Position numbers and translations under genes: made by a program. A model generated the notes under the pieces. That model was not told the origin of the DNA. It searched no databases and saw only the letters and a program-made list of their open reading frames with translations. A stretch of DNA of 64,000 nt, from positions 4,999 through 68,998 of the forward strand of contig CAIYVC010000080.1 of NCBI GenBank assembly GCA_903929535.1, written 5' to 3'. The stretch is from an uncultured Caulobacteraceae bacterium. GTDB lineage: Bacteria; Pseudomonadota; Alphaproteobacteria; Caulobacterales; Caulobacteraceae. Position 1 is the stretch's first letter, and each line of letters opens with the position of its first letter. Below are positions 9,184 to 20,250 of this stretch, one piece after another.

Positions 9184-10265
9184 ACGCGATCCACAAACGC
9201 CACGTTACCGAGCGGCACCGCGCCTCGGCCTTCGACCTGATCCCAGAGCCGGCCCTGATCATCAGCGCCGAGGGCGAATTGATCGCCTGCAACGACGCGG
9301 CCCAGGAACTGTTCGGACAGGGTCTGGCCCTGCTGGCGCGCGGCCGCATGGTGGACAATCTGCCGCCGGGCTCTTCGCTGGCCTCGTTGATCGAACGGGC
9401 GATCGCCGAGGACAATTTCGTGCGCGAGCGCGGCCTCGAAATCCATCTGTTCAACCATCCGCCTTTCCCCGCCGACGGCGCGGCGACGCCGATGGGCGAC
9501 GGATCGCTGCTGCTGACGCTCCACCTGCGCGGCAGCGCTCTGCCGCCCGACCGGGCCGACAGCGCGGGCCTCAAGACTGTCGTGGGCCTGGGCCGGATGC
9601 TGGCCCATGAGATCAAGAACCCCCTGGCGGGTATCCGCGGCGCGGCCCAGCTGCTGCGCGGCGCGGCCAAGAGCGAAGACGTGCCCCTGGCCCAGCTGAT
9701 CGTGGACGAAACCGATCGCATCCATCGCCTTGTCGACCGCATGGAGGCCTTCTCCGAAGAGGCGGCGCCCGTGCGCGAGCCGGTCAATATCCACGTGGTG
9801 CTGGATCGGGTGCGCGCCCTGGCCATCAACGGCGTGGCCGATGGTCTGGACCTGCGGGAATCCTACGATCCGTCCCTGCCCAACACCCTCGGAGACGAGG
9901 ATCAGCTGATCCAGATCTTCCTGAATCTGGTCAAGAACGCCGCCGAAGCCGCGCATTCGCGCGGCGACGAGCGCGGCGAGGTCGTGATCACCACGGCATA
10001 TCGTCACGGGGTCAGGGTGCGCAGCGCCGGCGGCCAGCCCGCCAGAGGCGCGCCGCTCGAGATTCGCATTCAAGACAACGGCCCGGGTGTTCCCGAGCAC
10101 ATGCGCGAGGACCTTTTCCAACCGTTTGTCACGTCAAAAGCGATGGGAGCCGGTCTGGGACTGGCGCTTGTCGCAAAATTAGTCGCAGCCCATGGGGGCC
10201 TGATCGATTTCGAGTCAGAGCCGGGCCGTACCGTGTTTCGCGTCCTGCTACCCATCGAACAGTGA
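9180..10265 (+). CDS. ntrB: Nitrogen regulation sensor histidine kinase NtrB
   Basis: PAS-like N-terminus, H-box (LAHEIKNPLAGIRG), and N/G boxes (LVKNAAEA, DNGPGV, GLGLAL). Classical dusB-ntrB-ntrC order. The start was moved to the ATG at 9180, which is coupled to the dusB stop. Confidence 0.9.
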   Translation: MNAIHKRHVTERHRASAFDLIPEPALIISAEGELIACNDAAQELFGQGLALLARGRMVDNLPPGSSLASLIERAIAEDNFVRERGLEIHLFNHPPFPADGAATPMGDGSLLLTLHLRGSALPPDRADSAGLKTVVGLGRMLAHEIKNPLAGIRGAAQLLRGAAKSEDVPLAQLIVDETDRIHRLVDRMEAFSEEAAPVREPVNIHVVLDRVRALAINGVADGLDLRESYDPSLPNTLGDEDQLIQIFLNLVKNAAEAAHSRGDERGEVVITTAYRHGVRVRSAGGQPARGAPLEIRIQDNGPGVPEHMREDLFQPFVTSKAMGAGLGLALVAKLVAAHGGLIDFESEPGRTVFRVLLPIEQ

Positions 10266-10290
10266 CCGACGTCCGGGGTAACCCTGAAGG

Positions 10291-11709
10291 ATGACTGTGC
10301 AGTCCAAGATACTCATCGCCGACGACGACGCTTCCATCAGACTGGTCCTGAGCCAAGCCTTCACCAGGCTGGGTTATCAGGTCCGGGCCACCGGCAACGC
10401 CACCACCCTTCTCAAATGGGTGACCGATGGCGAAGGCGATCTGGTCATCACCGACGTCGTCATGCCTGACGAGAATGTCTTCGACGTTCTTCCGCGCATC
10501 AAAAAACAGCGTCCGAAGCTGCCGGTAATCGTTATGAGCGCGCAGAACACGCTCATGACCGCCGTCAATGCCGCCGAAATCGGCGCCTTCGACTATGTGC
10601 CCAAGCCTTTCGACCTGGACGACATGACCGCGGCGGCCAAGCGCGCCCTGTCGCGGCCCGCCGACAGCGAGGCGGCCAAGGCCCAGGCCCGCGCCATGCG
10701 CGACGAGCGTCTGCCGCTGATCGGCCGTTCCGCCCCCATGCAGGAGGTCTACCGCACCGTGGCCCGACTGGTCGGCGCCGACCTGACCGTCCTGCTCCAG
10801 GGCGAATCGGGCACCGGCAAGGAGCTGGTGGCCCGCGCCCTGCACGATCTGGGGCGCCGCCGCGACGGTCGCTTCGTGGTCATCAATCTCGCCGCCGTTC
10901 CGCGCGAACGGGTGGAGACCGAACTGTTCGGCAAGTCCGAAAACGACGTGGGCAAGCTGGTCGAGGCCGACGGGGGCACCCTGTTCCTCGACGAGATCGG
11001 CGACATGCCTCTGGATGCCCAAACGCGTCTTCTGCGGGTCATAGACGGGTCGGAAACGGCCATCAGCCCCAAGACGAACCGCCGGCCCAACGTGCGCATC
11101 ATCGCGGCTACGAACCGCGACCTGCGTGGGCTGATTGCTCAAGGCCTGTTCCGGGAAGACCTGTTCTTCCGCCTCAACGTTGCCCCCGTGCGCCTGCCGC
11201 CGCTGCGCGACCGCGCCGAGGACATCCCGGATTTGGCCCGCGCCTTCCTGCTGCGCGCCCACCGCGAGGGCTTGCCGGCCAAGACCATCGACCAGAGCGC
11301 GCTGGAGAGGCTCAAGGCTCACGACTGGCCGGGCAATGTGCGCGAGCTGGAGAACCTGATCCGCCGCATCTGCGCCCTCTACGCCGAGGACGTGATCACC
11401 GCCCGCATCGTCGAGCGCGAACTGCAGGACAACACCGCCGCTCCGACGGCGGAGGAGGGGCCCGCGACCCTCAGCGCCCTGGTGGAGCGCAAGCTGATCT
11501 CCTACTTCGCCGAACAGCCCGAAAGCGGCCCGCCGCCGGGCCTCTACGACCGGGTGCTGCAGGAAGTTGAGCTGCCCCTGATCCGCCTGACCCTGGCCGC
11601 TACCCGCGGCAATCAGGTCCGCGCGGCGGAAATCCTGGGTCTCAACCGCAACACCCTGCGCAAGAAGATCCAGGACCTGGGCATCGAGAAGGTAAGGCCA
11701 GGGCGGTAG
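10291..11709 (+). CDS. ntrC: Sigma-54-dependent response regulator NtrC
   Basis: 472 aa. REC domain (ILIADDD...DVVMPD), AAA+ sigma-54 activator domain ([21 protein letters not shown]-region ESELFG-like [17 protein letters not shown]), and a C-terminal Fis-type HTH ([16 protein letters not shown]). Confidence 0.93.
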   Translation: MTVQSKILIADDDASIRLVLSQAFTRLGYQVRATGNATTLLKWVTDGEGDLVITDVVMPDENVFDVLPRIKKQRPKLPVIVMSAQNTLMTAVNAAEIGAFDYVPKPFDLDDMTAAAKRALSRPADSEAAKAQARAMRDERLPLIGRSAPMQEVYRTVARLVGADLTVLLQGESGTGKELVARALHDLGRRRDGRFVVINLAAVPRERVETELFGKSENDVGKLVEADGGTLFLDEIGDMPLDAQTRLLRVIDGSETAISPKTNRRPNVRIIAATNRDLRGLIAQGLFREDLFFRLNVAPVRLPPLRDRAEDIPDLARAFLLRAHREGLPAKTIDQSALERLKAHDWPGNVRELENLIRRICALYAEDVITARIVERELQDNTAAPTAEEGPATLSALVERKLISYFAEQPESGPPPGLYDRVLQEVELPLIRLTLAATRGNQVRAAEILGLNRNTLRKKIQDLGIEKVRPGR

Positions 11710-11824
11710 GGGACACCCAATTCCGCGCTCAAGCAGCCGCTAGGCGATAGCGCATCAGAAAAGTGATGGCGCCAGGGCCACATAGCTGTTGAGTTTATGG
11801 CACAGGCTCATAGGTTGCGCCGCG

Positions 11825-14065
11825 ATGTCAGGCTTTTCCAGTCGCGAGTCCATAGACGGACGCACGGGCTCGGCCCGTCCGCCGAGCCGCTTCTGGGGCT
11901 CGCGCCTGTTCGGACTTGGCTGGTGGGTCGCCGCCGCCCTGACGGCCCTGTCCGTCTATCTGGCGTCTTCCGCGCCTGGCGTGGGCCAGATCGGCCCGGT
12001 CAGCCGCACCGTCCTCATCATTCTCAGCATCAACTTGGCGCTGATCCTGCTGCTGGCGGCGTCCGCCGCGCGGCGGGTGCTGCAGCTGATGTTCGAACGG
12101 GGCAGCAACGCCGGCGCGCGCCTGCACCTACGCTTCGTGACCCTGTTTTCTCTGGTGGCCGTGGTGCCCGCCATCGTCGTGGCCATGGTCTTCGGCGCCC
12201 TGGTCACTCGAGCCCTAGACAGCTGGTTCAGCGAGCGTGTCCAGTCGGTGATCGACAACTCGGTCAAGATCGACAAGTCCTACTACGACGACCAGCTGGC
12301 CTTCCTGCAGCGGCACATGACCGCCATGGCCGGCGACGTGAACGACGCCGCCCCGACGTTGAAGGCCGCCCCGATCCGTTTCAGCCAGGGCCTGGCGCAG
12401 CTGGCCGCCTATCACGAATTCCCGGCTGTCTATCTGATCGACGGCGATGGCCGCATCCTGGCCCGTGCCGAGACGGCCAGCGCGCCGGCCTTCGTCATGC
12501 CGCCGCCCGCCACCCTCAAGGCGGCCGCGCGCGAGATCACCGGAGCGCCCTTCGAGGCCCAGGACCTTTTCCGGGCCATCTACCGTCTGCGCGCCTATCC
12601 GGACGCCTATCTCTATGTCGCGCGCTTCGTGCAGCCGGGCATGCTGGTGCAGCTGCGCCGGGCGACGTCGTCGCTCGCCGACTACCGTGACGCCGAAACC
12701 AGCCGCCGCTCCATCCAGACCGCCTTCGCCCTCAGCTACGGCGAAACCACCCTGCTGATCCTGGTGGGCGCCGTGTGGCTGGCCCTGGCCGCTGCGGGCA
12801 GCATCGCCGAGCCCGTGGCGCGCCTTGTGCAGGCCGCCGACCGGGTCGCCGCGGGGGATCTGGACGCGCGTGTCGACGTCAAGAACGATCCCGATGAAAT
12901 CGCCGTCTTGTCCAATGCTTTCAATCGGATGACGAGCGATCTTCAGGACCAGCAGAAGGCTCTGCGCCAGGCCAACAGTGATGCGGAATCCCGCCGCCAG
13001 TTCATCGAAACCGTCCTGGCCGAGGTCAGCGCCGGCGTGATCGGCCTGGACTCCCTCGGCCGCATCTCCGCCGTCAACCGCCGCGCCCTGGCCCTGCTGG
13101 GCCTTGATGTGGCCGACGTCTTCGGCCGCCCGCTCAGCGACGCCGCGCCGGAGCTGGCCGAGGTCGCCTCCCGCGCCGCCCAGGGCGGGCAGGACGCCGA
13201 GGACGAGATCGACGTCGTGCGGCGCGGCGACACCAAGCGCCTGCGTGTCCGCGCGTCCGGCGGCGCCGCCGACGGTCTGGTGCTGACTTTCGACGACATC
13301 ACCCGCCTAGTCGCCGCCCAACGAAACGCCGCCTGGCGCGACGTCGCCCGCCGCATCGCCCACGAGATCAAGAACCCGCTGACCCCGATCCAGCTGTCCG
13401 CCGAGCGCCTGCGCCGCAAATACCGCTCCGAGATCACCAGCGACCTCGACACCTTTGACCGTTGCACCGACACCATCATCCGCCAGGTGGAGGGCATCGG
13501 CCGGATGGTTGACGAGTTCTCGTCCTTCGCGCGGATGCCGGCGCCGCGGTTCGAAGAGGCCGACGCGCGCGAGTTGCTGCGCCAGGCCGTGTTCGCCCAG
13601 CGCGTGGCTAGCCCCGACATCGTGGTCGAGGTGATTGAGCCGGCGCCCGCCGCCGTCATTAACGCCGACAGTCGAATGATCGGCCAGGTTCTGACCAACG
13701 TCCTCAAGAACGCCGCCGAAGCCATCGCCGGTCGCCGTGTCCTTGAGCCGGACCTGGAAGGGCGGCTGACCGCGCGCCTGATCTGCGACGACGATCAGGT
13801 CGCGTTCGAGATCGAGGACAACGGCGTCGGACTGCCCAACAAGGACCGTGACCGGCTGACTGAACCCTATGTAACCACGCGCGAGAAAGGCACGGGCCTG
13901 GGCCTGGCCATCGTCAAGCGCATCATGGAGGAGCATGGCGGCGCTCTGGTGATGCAGGACGCGGCGCGCCTGCCCGGGGCCAAGGTCATTCTGAAATTCC
14001 CGCCCATGAGGGCGAGCGACAACGACGATGCGGCCGAGCCTGCGGGCGCGGCCGCGCAGGCTTAG
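11825..14065 (+). CDS. ntrY: Sensor histidine kinase NtrY
   Basis: Membrane N-terminus, HAMP (NAFNRMTSDL), PAS, H-box (IAHEIKNPLTPIQLSAERL), and HATPase (DNGVGL, GTGLGLAIV). Located between ntrC and ntrX. The ORF track starts at a TTG at 11789; I prefer the ATG at 11825. Confidence 0.9.
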   Translation: MSGFSSRESIDGRTGSARPPSRFWGSRLFGLGWWVAAALTALSVYLASSAPGVGQIGPVSRTVLIILSINLALILLLAASAARRVLQLMFERGSNAGARLHLRFVTLFSLVAVVPAIVVAMVFGALVTRALDSWFSERVQSVIDNSVKIDKSYYDDQLAFLQRHMTAMAGDVNDAAPTLKAAPIRFSQGLAQLAAYHEFPAVYLIDGDGRILARAETASAPAFVMPPPATLKAAAREITGAPFEAQDLFRAIYRLRAYPDAYLYVARFVQPGMLVQLRRATSSLADYRDAETSRRSIQTAFALSYGETTLLILVGAVWLALAAAGSIAEPVARLVQAADRVAAGDLDARVDVKNDPDEIAVLSNAFNRMTSDLQDQQKALRQANSDAESRRQFIETVLAEVSAGVIGLDSLGRISAVNRRALALLGLDVADVFGRPLSDAAPELAEVASRAAQGGQDAEDEIDVVRRGDTKRLRVRASGGAADGLVLTFDDITRLVAAQRNAAWRDVARRIAHEIKNPLTPIQLSAERLRRKYRSEITSDLDTFDRCTDTIIRQVEGIGRMVDEFSSFARMPAPRFEEADARELLRQAVFAQRVASPDIVVEVIEPAPAAVINADSRMIGQVLTNVLKNAAEAIAGRRVLEPDLEGRLTARLICDDDQVAFEIEDNGVGLPNKDRDRLTEPYVTTREKGTGLGLAIVKRIMEEHGGALVMQDAARLPGAKVILKFPPMRASDNDDAAEPAGAAAQA

Positions 14066-14079
14066 AGAACGGATTACGT

Positions 14080-15471
14080 ATGGCTGCCGACATTCTGGTC
14101 GTGGACGATGAGATCGATATCCGGGAGCTGGTCGCCGGCATCCTGACGGACGACGGCTACGCCGTGCGCACCGCTTCCAACTCCGAAGAGGCGCTGGCGG
14201 GCATCCGGGCGCGCAAGCCTGCGCTGCTGGTGCTCGACATCTGGATGCAGGGCGGCGGCATGGACGGGCTGGAGCTGCTCGACATGGTCAAGGCCCTCGA
14301 CGAAGACCTGCCGGTCATTATGATTTCCGGCCACGGCAACATTGAAACTGCGGTCAGCGCGATCAAGCGCGGGGCCTACGATTTCCTCGAAAAGCCGTTT
14401 AAATCCGACCGGTTGCTGCTTGTTGTTCAGAGAGCTTTGGAAACCAGCGCCTTGCGCCGCGAGAACCGCCGCCTGCGCGTCCAGACCCTGACGCCCGACG
14501 GCATGATCGGCCACTCCCAGGCCGCCCAGCAGCTACGGGGCATGATCGCCAAGGTGGCTCCCGCCAACAGCCGCGTTCTGATCTCCGGCCCGCCCGGCTC
14601 GGGCAAGGAGCTGGTGGCGCGTCTGATCCATACCCACAGCCAGCGGGGGCAGGGGGAGTTCGTGCCCATCGCCGCGGCCGGCATGACCCCGGAACGGGTC
14701 GATCTGGAGCTGTTCGGAGAGGAAGGCGAGGGCGGTCAGCCCAGCAAGATCGGCGTGTTCGAGCGCGCGCACGGCGGCACCCTCTACCTCGACGAAGTCT
14801 GCGACATGCCGCTGGAGACCCAGGCGCGCATCCTGCGGGTGCTGATCGAGCAGCGTTTCCGCCGCGTGGGCGGGGGCAACGACGTGCAGGTGGATGTGCG
14901 GGTGGTCTCCTCGACCTCGCGCGACCTGCGCGAAGAGATCGCCGCCGGCCGCTTCCGCGAGGACCTCTATCATCGCCTGGGCGTGGTCCCGATCCGGGTG
15001 CCGGGCCTGGCCGAGCGCCGCGAGGACATCGCCGAGCTGGTGGAATATTTCGTCGACCGCATCGCCGCCGCCCAGGGCCTGTCGCGGCGCATCCTCGGCG
15101 AGGACGCCATCGCCACCCTCCAGGTTCACGCCTGGCCCGGTAACGTCCGCCAGCTGCGCAACAATATCGAGCGGCTGCTGATCCTGGCATCGGGCGATCC
15201 CAGCGAGGTCATCACCGCCGAAATGCTGCCCGCCGAGGTGGCCGCCGCCGGGTCCGCCGGCGCCGTGGGTCCCGAGCGGATCATCGCCCTGCCGCTGCGC
15301 GACGCCCGCGAGGTGTTCGAACGCGAGTACCTGAACGCCCAGATCATGCGTTTCGGCGGCAATATCTCGCGCACGGCCGCCTTCATCGGCATGGAGCGCT
15401 CGGCCCTGCACCGTAAGCTGAAGTCCCTGGGCGTGGGCGCTCTGCGGGGTGAAGAGAGCGAAGAAGACTGA
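14080..15471 (+). CDS. ntrX: Response regulator NtrX (sigma-54-activator-like)
   Basis: 463 aa. REC (ILVVDDE...LDIWM), AAA+ (GPPGSGKELVARLIH, WPGNVRQLRN), and a C-terminal HTH (RTAAFIGMERSALHRKL). Confidence 0.9.
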   Translation: MAADILVVDDEIDIRELVAGILTDDGYAVRTASNSEEALAGIRARKPALLVLDIWMQGGGMDGLELLDMVKALDEDLPVIMISGHGNIETAVSAIKRGAYDFLEKPFKSDRLLLVVQRALETSALRRENRRLRVQTLTPDGMIGHSQAAQQLRGMIAKVAPANSRVLISGPPGSGKELVARLIHTHSQRGQGEFVPIAAAGMTPERVDLELFGEEGEGGQPSKIGVFERAHGGTLYLDEVCDMPLETQARILRVLIEQRFRRVGGGNDVQVDVRVVSSTSRDLREEIAAGRFREDLYHRLGVVPIRVPGLAERREDIAELVEYFVDRIAAAQGLSRRILGEDAIATLQVHAWPGNVRQLRNNIERLLILASGDPSEVITAEMLPAEVAAAGSAGAVGPERIIALPLRDAREVFEREYLNAQIMRFGGNISRTAAFIGMERSALHRKLKSLGVGALRGEESEED

Positions 15472-16334
15472 TGAGCCGTCTTGCCTATGTGAACGGGCGC
15501 TTCCTGCGCCAAGGCGACGCCGGGGTCTCGATCGAGGATCGCGGCTACCAGCTGGGCGACGGCATTTACGAAGTCTGGGCCGTGATCGACGGCAAGCTAG
15601 CCGACGCCGAAGGCCATTTCGTGCGGCTGAAGCGCAGCCTGGGCGAACTGCAGATCGACATGCCCATGAGCCGCGAGGCCCTGACCGTGGCCCTGCGTGA
15701 GACTGTCCGCCGCAATCGGGTGCGCTACGGCATCGTCTATCTGCAGGTCACCCGGGGCGTCGCCCGCCGCGATCACGCCTTTCCGACCGTTCCCGTCGCC
15801 CCGACGGTCGTCATCACCGCCCGCTCCATCGACCGCGACGGCGCCGAGGCCAAGGCGGCCAAGGGCGTCAGCGTCATCACCCTGCCGGACAACCGCTGGG
15901 GCCGCTGCGATATCAAGACCATCAACCTCTTGCCCAATGTCCTGGCCAAGCAGGCAGCCAAGGAGGAGGGCGGTTTCGAAGCCCTGCTGGTCGATGCCGA
16001 CGGCCTGGTCACAGAAGGCGCCTCCTCCAATGCCTGGATCGTCGACCGCGAAGGCGTTCTGCGCACCCGCGACACCGGCGCCAACATCCTGCGCGGCGTC
16101 ACCCGTCTCAGCATCATCGATGTGGCCCGACAGGCCGGCTACAAGGTCGAGGAGCGGCCGTTCACCGTGGCCGAGGCCAAGGCGGCGCGCGAAGTGTTCG
16201 TGACGGGGGCAGGGGCTCTGGTGATGCCGGTCGTGCGCATCGACGACAGCCCCGTCGGCAACGGCCACCCCGGCGAGGTAGCGAGCGCGCTTCGGGCCGC
16301 CTATATCGAGCATGTGACCCAGACCGCGGTCTAG
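15471..16334 (+). CDS. dat: D-amino-acid (D-alanine) aminotransferase, PLP fold-type IV
   Basis: 287 aa with fold-type IV aminotransferase motifs (SIEDRGYQLGDGIYEV, YLQVTRG, EGASSNAWIV, ILRGVTR). The start overlaps the ntrX stop (TGATG). Confidence 0.85.
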   Translation: MSRLAYVNGRFLRQGDAGVSIEDRGYQLGDGIYEVWAVIDGKLADAEGHFVRLKRSLGELQIDMPMSREALTVALRETVRRNRVRYGIVYLQVTRGVARRDHAFPTVPVAPTVVITARSIDRDGAEAKAAKGVSVITLPDNRWGRCDIKTINLLPNVLAKQAAKEEGGFEALLVDADGLVTEGASSNAWIVDREGVLRTRDTGANILRGVTRLSIIDVARQAGYKVEERPFTVAEAKAAREVFVTGAGALVMPVVRIDDSPVGNGHPGEVASALRAAYIEHVTQTAV

Positions 16335-16500
16335 GAACGCCCGGCTCTCTCAACCGTTGGCTTACCGGCGTCTACGGCTACGCCTGAAAACGGTCTTGTT
16401 TGCACTGCACCTAAAACCTTGCGGCCCGGGCTGAGCCCCGGTTACAGTCGCTGTGTGTGTGGAGGCGTTTTGGCTTCCGAACAAAATAAGGGGTCGACGA

Positions 16501-16749
16501 ATGTCGAACGAAAAAAAACAGAACCTGCAAGACACCTTCCTGAACAGCGTCCGCAAGTCCCGCACGCCGCTGACCATCTTCCTGGTCAATGGCGTCAAAC
16601 TGCAGGGCATGGTCAGCTGGTTCGACAATTTCTGCGTTCTGCTGCGCCGTGATGGCCAATCGCAGCTTGTCTATAAGCATGCGATTTCCACCATCATGCC
16701 CTCCCAACCGGTGCAGCTGTACGAGCCGTCCGCGGACGAGGACGATTGA
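16501..16749 (+). CDS. hfq: RNA chaperone Hfq
   Basis: [65 protein letters not shown] contains the Sm1/Sm2 motifs. Start set to the ATG at 16501 (ORF track begins at 16453). Confidence 0.97.
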   Translation: MSNEKKQNLQDTFLNSVRKSRTPLTIFLVNGVKLQGMVSWFDNFCVLLRRDGQSQLVYKHAISTIMPSQPVQLYEPSADEDD

Positions 16750-18089
16750 GTTCAAATCATAACGACAGGGGCGGGCGCTCCGTAGACTGGACGCCCATTC
16801 CACAGACCGCGCTTGTCATCCACCCGGTTCGCGCCGGGGCGGGTGCCTTGCGCACGCCTGAAGCCCGTCTGGGAGAGGCTGTCGGCCTGGCCGAGGCGCT
16901 GGATCTCGAGGTGCGCGAAGCCCGCGTGACTCCGCTGCGTACGCCTGTCCCCGGAACTCTGTTCGGCAAGGGCAAGGTGGCCGAGCTGCACGACCTCTGC
17001 GAGGCGCTGGAGGTCAATGTCGCCGTGGTCGACGACGCCCTGACGCCGGTGCAGCAACGCAATCTGGAAAAGGCCTGGGAAGTGAAGGTGCTGGACCGCA
17101 CCGGCATGATCCTGGAGATCTTCGCCCGACGCGCCCGTACCCGCGAGGGCCGGCTGCAGGTCGAACTGGCCCGCCTGGCCTATGAACGCTCGCGCCTGGT
17201 GCGCACCTGGACCCACCTGGAGCGCCAGCGCGGCGGCTTCGGCGTCATGGGCGGCCCCGGCGAAACCCAGATCGAAACCGACCGCCGTCTGCTGGCCGAC
17301 AAGATCGGGCGGTTGAAGAAGGAGCTGGACGAGGTCCGGCGCACCCGCACCCTGCAGCGCGACGCCCGCAAGCGCGCGCCTTTCCCCACGGTGGCCCTGG
17401 TCGGCTACACCAATGCCGGCAAGTCGACCCTGTTCAACCGCCTGACCGAAGCCGAGGTCGAGGCCAAGGATATGCTGTTCGCCACCCTGGACCCGACCCT
17501 GCGCACCGTCGCTTTGCCGGGCGGACGCCCCGCCATCCTGTCCGACACTGTGGGCTTCATCTCCGACCTGCCGCACGAACTGGTCGACGCCTTCCGCGCC
17601 ACCTTGGAGGAGGTCCGCGAGGCCGATGTCGTCCTGCATGTGCGCGACATTTCCAGCGAGGAGACCGAGGCCCAGGCCGCCGATGTGCGCACCGTGCTGA
17701 AGCAGCTGGACGCGGGCCGTGAAGGCCAGACCCTGGTCGAGGTCTGGAACAAGATCGACAACCTGGACGCGGACGCCCGCGAGCCCCTGTTCGCCAAGAG
17801 CCGCCGCTCCCTGGAATTCGGCGATCATCCCGCCGTGGCGGTGTCGGCGGTGACGGGGGAGGGGTGCCAGGCCCTGCTGGATTACCTCAGCCGCCTAGTG
17901 GACGACGAGGCGCCGATCTCGGCCGATCTGGGCCCCGGCGACGGCGAGGCCCTGGCCTGGCTCTACCGCCATGGGCGCATCACCCATCGCGAAGACCTGC
18001 CCGACGGTGGCCAGCATCTGCAGGTCAAGCTCGACGCCCAGGCTTTAGGGCGTTTCGAGCGGCTCTATCCGAGGGCCTTGGTTCCCTAG
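16746..18089 (+). CDS. hflX: GTPase HflX
   Basis: 447 aa with G1 [10 protein letters not shown]3 DTVGF and G4 NKID. Immediately downstream of hfq (start overlaps the hfq stop). The exact start codon is uncertain. Confidence 0.93.
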   Translation: MSSNHNDRGGRSVDWTPIPQTALVIHPVRAGAGALRTPEARLGEAVGLAEALDLEVREARVTPLRTPVPGTLFGKGKVAELHDLCEALEVNVAVVDDALTPVQQRNLEKAWEVKVLDRTGMILEIFARRARTREGRLQVELARLAYERSRLVRTWTHLERQRGGFGVMGGPGETQIETDRRLLADKIGRLKKELDEVRRTRTLQRDARKRAPFPTVALVGYTNAGKSTLFNRLTEAEVEAKDMLFATLDPTLRTVALPGGRPAILSDTVGFISDLPHELVDAFRATLEEVREADVVLHVRDISSEETEAQAADVRTVLKQLDAGREGQTLVEVWNKIDNLDADAREPLFAKSRRSLEFGDHPAVAVSAVTGEGCQALLDYLSRLVDDEAPISADLGPGDGEALAWLYRHGRITHREDLPDGGQHLQVKLDAQALGRFERLYPRALVP

Positions 18090-18904
18090 AGCGCCTTGCG
18101 TTCCAGCGCCTTGGCCTCGTCCCAAAGGCCGTCCATTTCCGCCAGGGTCGACTGCGCCGGGCTTGACCCGCGTTTCGCAAGAACCTTTTCTATGTGGCTG
18201 AAACGGCGCGTGAATTTCGCGTTGGACGAGCGGATGGCATCCTCGGGATCGACGTCCAATTTGCGCGCCAGATTGGCCACCACGAACAGGAAGTCGCCCA
18301 GCTCCGCGCGGGCCTTGGGCAGGTCGCCGGCGTCGATCTCCACTTGCAGCTCGTCCATCTCCTCGCGCAGCTTGTCCATCACCGGTCCGAAGTCCGGCCA
18401 GTCGAAGCCGACCCGCGCGGCCCGCTTGGTCAGCTTCACCGCCCGCGTGAGGCCGGGCAGGCCCGCCGGCACGTCGTCCAGCAGGCTGGCGGCCTTGCCC
18501 TTGGCGGCGCGCTCTGTGGCCTTCATCGCCTCCCACGCCGAGGTCTGTTCCGTCAGGTCGGCGTAGCTCTCAGTGGCGAACACATGTGGATGGCGGCGCA
18601 CCATCTTGTCGGAGATGGCCGCGGCCACGTCGTCGAAGGTGAAGGCGCCCATCTCCTCGGCCATGCGCGCGTGGAACACCACCTGGAACAGCAGGTCGCC
18701 CAGCTCTTCCTTCAGGTCGCGCATGTCGTTGCGTTCCACGGCGTCGGCCACCTCATAGGCTTCCTCCACCGTGTAGGGAGCGATGGTGGCGAAGGTCTGC
18801 TCGACGTCCCAGGGGCAGCCGCCGTCGCGGTCGCGCAGGCGGGCCATCACCTCCAGCAGGCGGTCCAGGGGCGGCATCTGCGGGGAGGGCGGCTCGAAGG
18901 GCAT
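18086..18904 (-). CDS. mazG: Nucleoside triphosphate pyrophosphohydrolase MazG
   Basis: 272 aa with tandem MazG domains (CPWDVEQTFATIAPYTVEEAYEV, EELGDLLFQV, ELGDFLFVVANLAR). Its stop overlaps the convergent hflX stop by 4 nt. Confidence 0.93.
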   Translation of the reverse strand: MPFEPPSPQMPPLDRLLEVMARLRDRDGGCPWDVEQTFATIAPYTVEEAYEVADAVERNDMRDLKEELGDLLFQVVFHARMAEEMGAFTFDDVAAAISDKMVRRHPHVFATESYADLTEQTSAWEAMKATERAAKGKAASLLDDVPAGLPGLTRAVKLTKRAARVGFDWPDFGPVMDKLREEMDELQVEIDAGDLPKARAELGDFLFVVANLARKLDVDPEDAIRSSNAKFTRRFSHIEKVLAKRGSSPAQSTLAEMDGLWDEAKALERKAL

Positions 18905-18915
18905 GGGAGAACGGC

Positions 18916-20250
18916 CTAGCTGGCGGATTGGCGCTCCAGCGCCTCGCGGATCTCGTCGTGGCGCTGACGGGTCAGGGGATACCGGATCAGCACCAGGGCC
19001 GCGAGGATAAACAGCAGGGCGGGCAGGCCGAGGAAGAAGGCGTGCAGCCCCATGATCGCCCTGGGGCTGTTGTGGTCGCTGGCGGCGTCAAAACCGGCAA
19101 GTTTGTCGAGCCCCACGAAGGTGATGCCGACCGCCAGCGCCGCGCCCACCTTCGCTGTGCCGGTCAAGATGGCGTAGAGTAGGCCGGTGCGGTCCACCCC
19201 GCTTTTCAGCCGCTCCTCGTCTCCGGCGTCGGCCATCAGCGAGCGCGCGAGCTGGTTTGAGGCGGCGTAAGGCAGGCCGCTGATCACCGAGGCGATGGCG
19301 CCCCAGGCGATGTTCCCGTTGGGAATGACATAGAGGACCAACAGGCCCGCGATGCTTGAAAGGCAGGCTGCCGCCAGCGCGACATGCTTGCCGGTCCTCT
19401 TCGCCACCAGGGTCCACAATGGTCCGCCGATCAGCCCGCCCAGGAAATAGAGCAGCAGGCCGACGTTGGAGAAGGCGGCGGTGAAACCCTTGGCCTTGGT
19501 GAAGAAGAACAGGAACAGAGCGCCGTCCATGCCGAAGGCCAGGCCGATCATCAGGTCCGCCAGCAGGATGCGGCGCACAGAAGAGGACGCCATCAGCTTG
19601 GGCCAGTCCGACAGTCGCGCCACGGGGGCGGTGGAGGAGGGCTCGGGCTCCTTGACGAACAGCACCGCCAGCGCCGCCGAGAGGGGCAGCATCAGGATCA
19701 GATAGGCGCCCATGGCCCGCACCCCCGTGGTCGGGCCGGGATCGGCCCGGTTGGCGGCGATGGGCAGCAGCAGGATCAGCAGCAGCCCGATCAGGTTGAA
19801 GGCCTGCCACCAGCCGTAGATGCGCGAGCGCTCGTTGTAGTGGGGGCTGAGCAGAGAGCCCCAGGCGGTCTGAGCCAGGACGCAGATCGACCATCCGCCA
19901 TAAGCCAGGCCCAGTCCCGCGATCAGATAGGCCGAGCCGACGCCGGGCCGGGCGAAGCACAGCATGGCCGAGGCCAGCATCAGCAGCGGAATGCCGCCGG
20001 CAAGCCACGGCTTGAACCGGCCGATCGGCGTACGGGTCCGGTCCATGACCACGCCCAGCAGCGGGTCCAGGCCGATGTCGAACAGCCGCACGACCATGAA
20101 GGCGACGCCGACGGCGCTGAGATCCATGCCCAGCTGGGCGGAATAGAAGCTTGGTAGATAGACCGTCAGCGGCAGCCCGATGCCTGCCAGGCCCAGACAG
20201 GGCGCGGCGAACAGAGCGAGATTGCGACGGGTGAGCCGGACTTGGGTCAT
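18916..20250 (-). CDS. MFS-type transporter, glycoside-pentoside-hexuronide (MelB/GPH)-like
   Basis: 444 aa, about 12 hydrophobic segments, GPH-like N-terminal motif (DIGLDPLLGVVMDRTRTPIGRFKPW). Confidence 0.85.
   Translation of the reverse strand: MTQVRLTRRNLALFAAPCLGLAGIGLPLTVYLPSFYSAQLGMDLSAVGVAFMVVRLFDIGLDPLLGVVMDRTRTPIGRFKPWLAGGIPLLMLASAMLCFARPGVGSAYLIAGLGLAYGGWSICVLAQTAWGSLLSPHYNERSRIYGWWQAFNLIGLLLILLLPIAANRADPGPTTGVRAMGAYLILMLPLSAALAVLFVKEPEPSSTAPVARLSDWPKLMASSSVRRILLADLMIGLAFGMDGALFLFFFTKAKGFTAAFSNVGLLLYFLGGLIGGPLWTLVAKRTGKHVALAAACLSSIAGLLVLYVIPNGNIAWGAIASVISGLPYAASNQLARSLMADAGDEERLKSGVDRTGLLYAILTGTAKVGAALAVGITFVGLDKLAGFDAASDHNSPRAIMGLHAFFLGLPALLFILAALVLIRYPLTRQRHDEIREALERQSAS

Noticed and set aside
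16511-16518. An A8 homopolymer (codons GAA AAA AAA) at the 5' end of hfq, as a possible slippage or phase-variation tract.
   Set aside because: It simply encodes the conserved N-terminal E-K-K of alphaproteobacterial Hfq. There is no evidence of length variation, and the tract is short for phase variation.
18086-18089. Overlapping or near-abutting convergent stops (hflX/mazG at 18086-18089; MipA copy 2/mfd at 38302-38305; SRPBCC/cinA at 3308-3311).
   Set aside because: This is common compaction in this genome (CTAG/TCA-type overlaps). There is no additional structure suggesting regulation.
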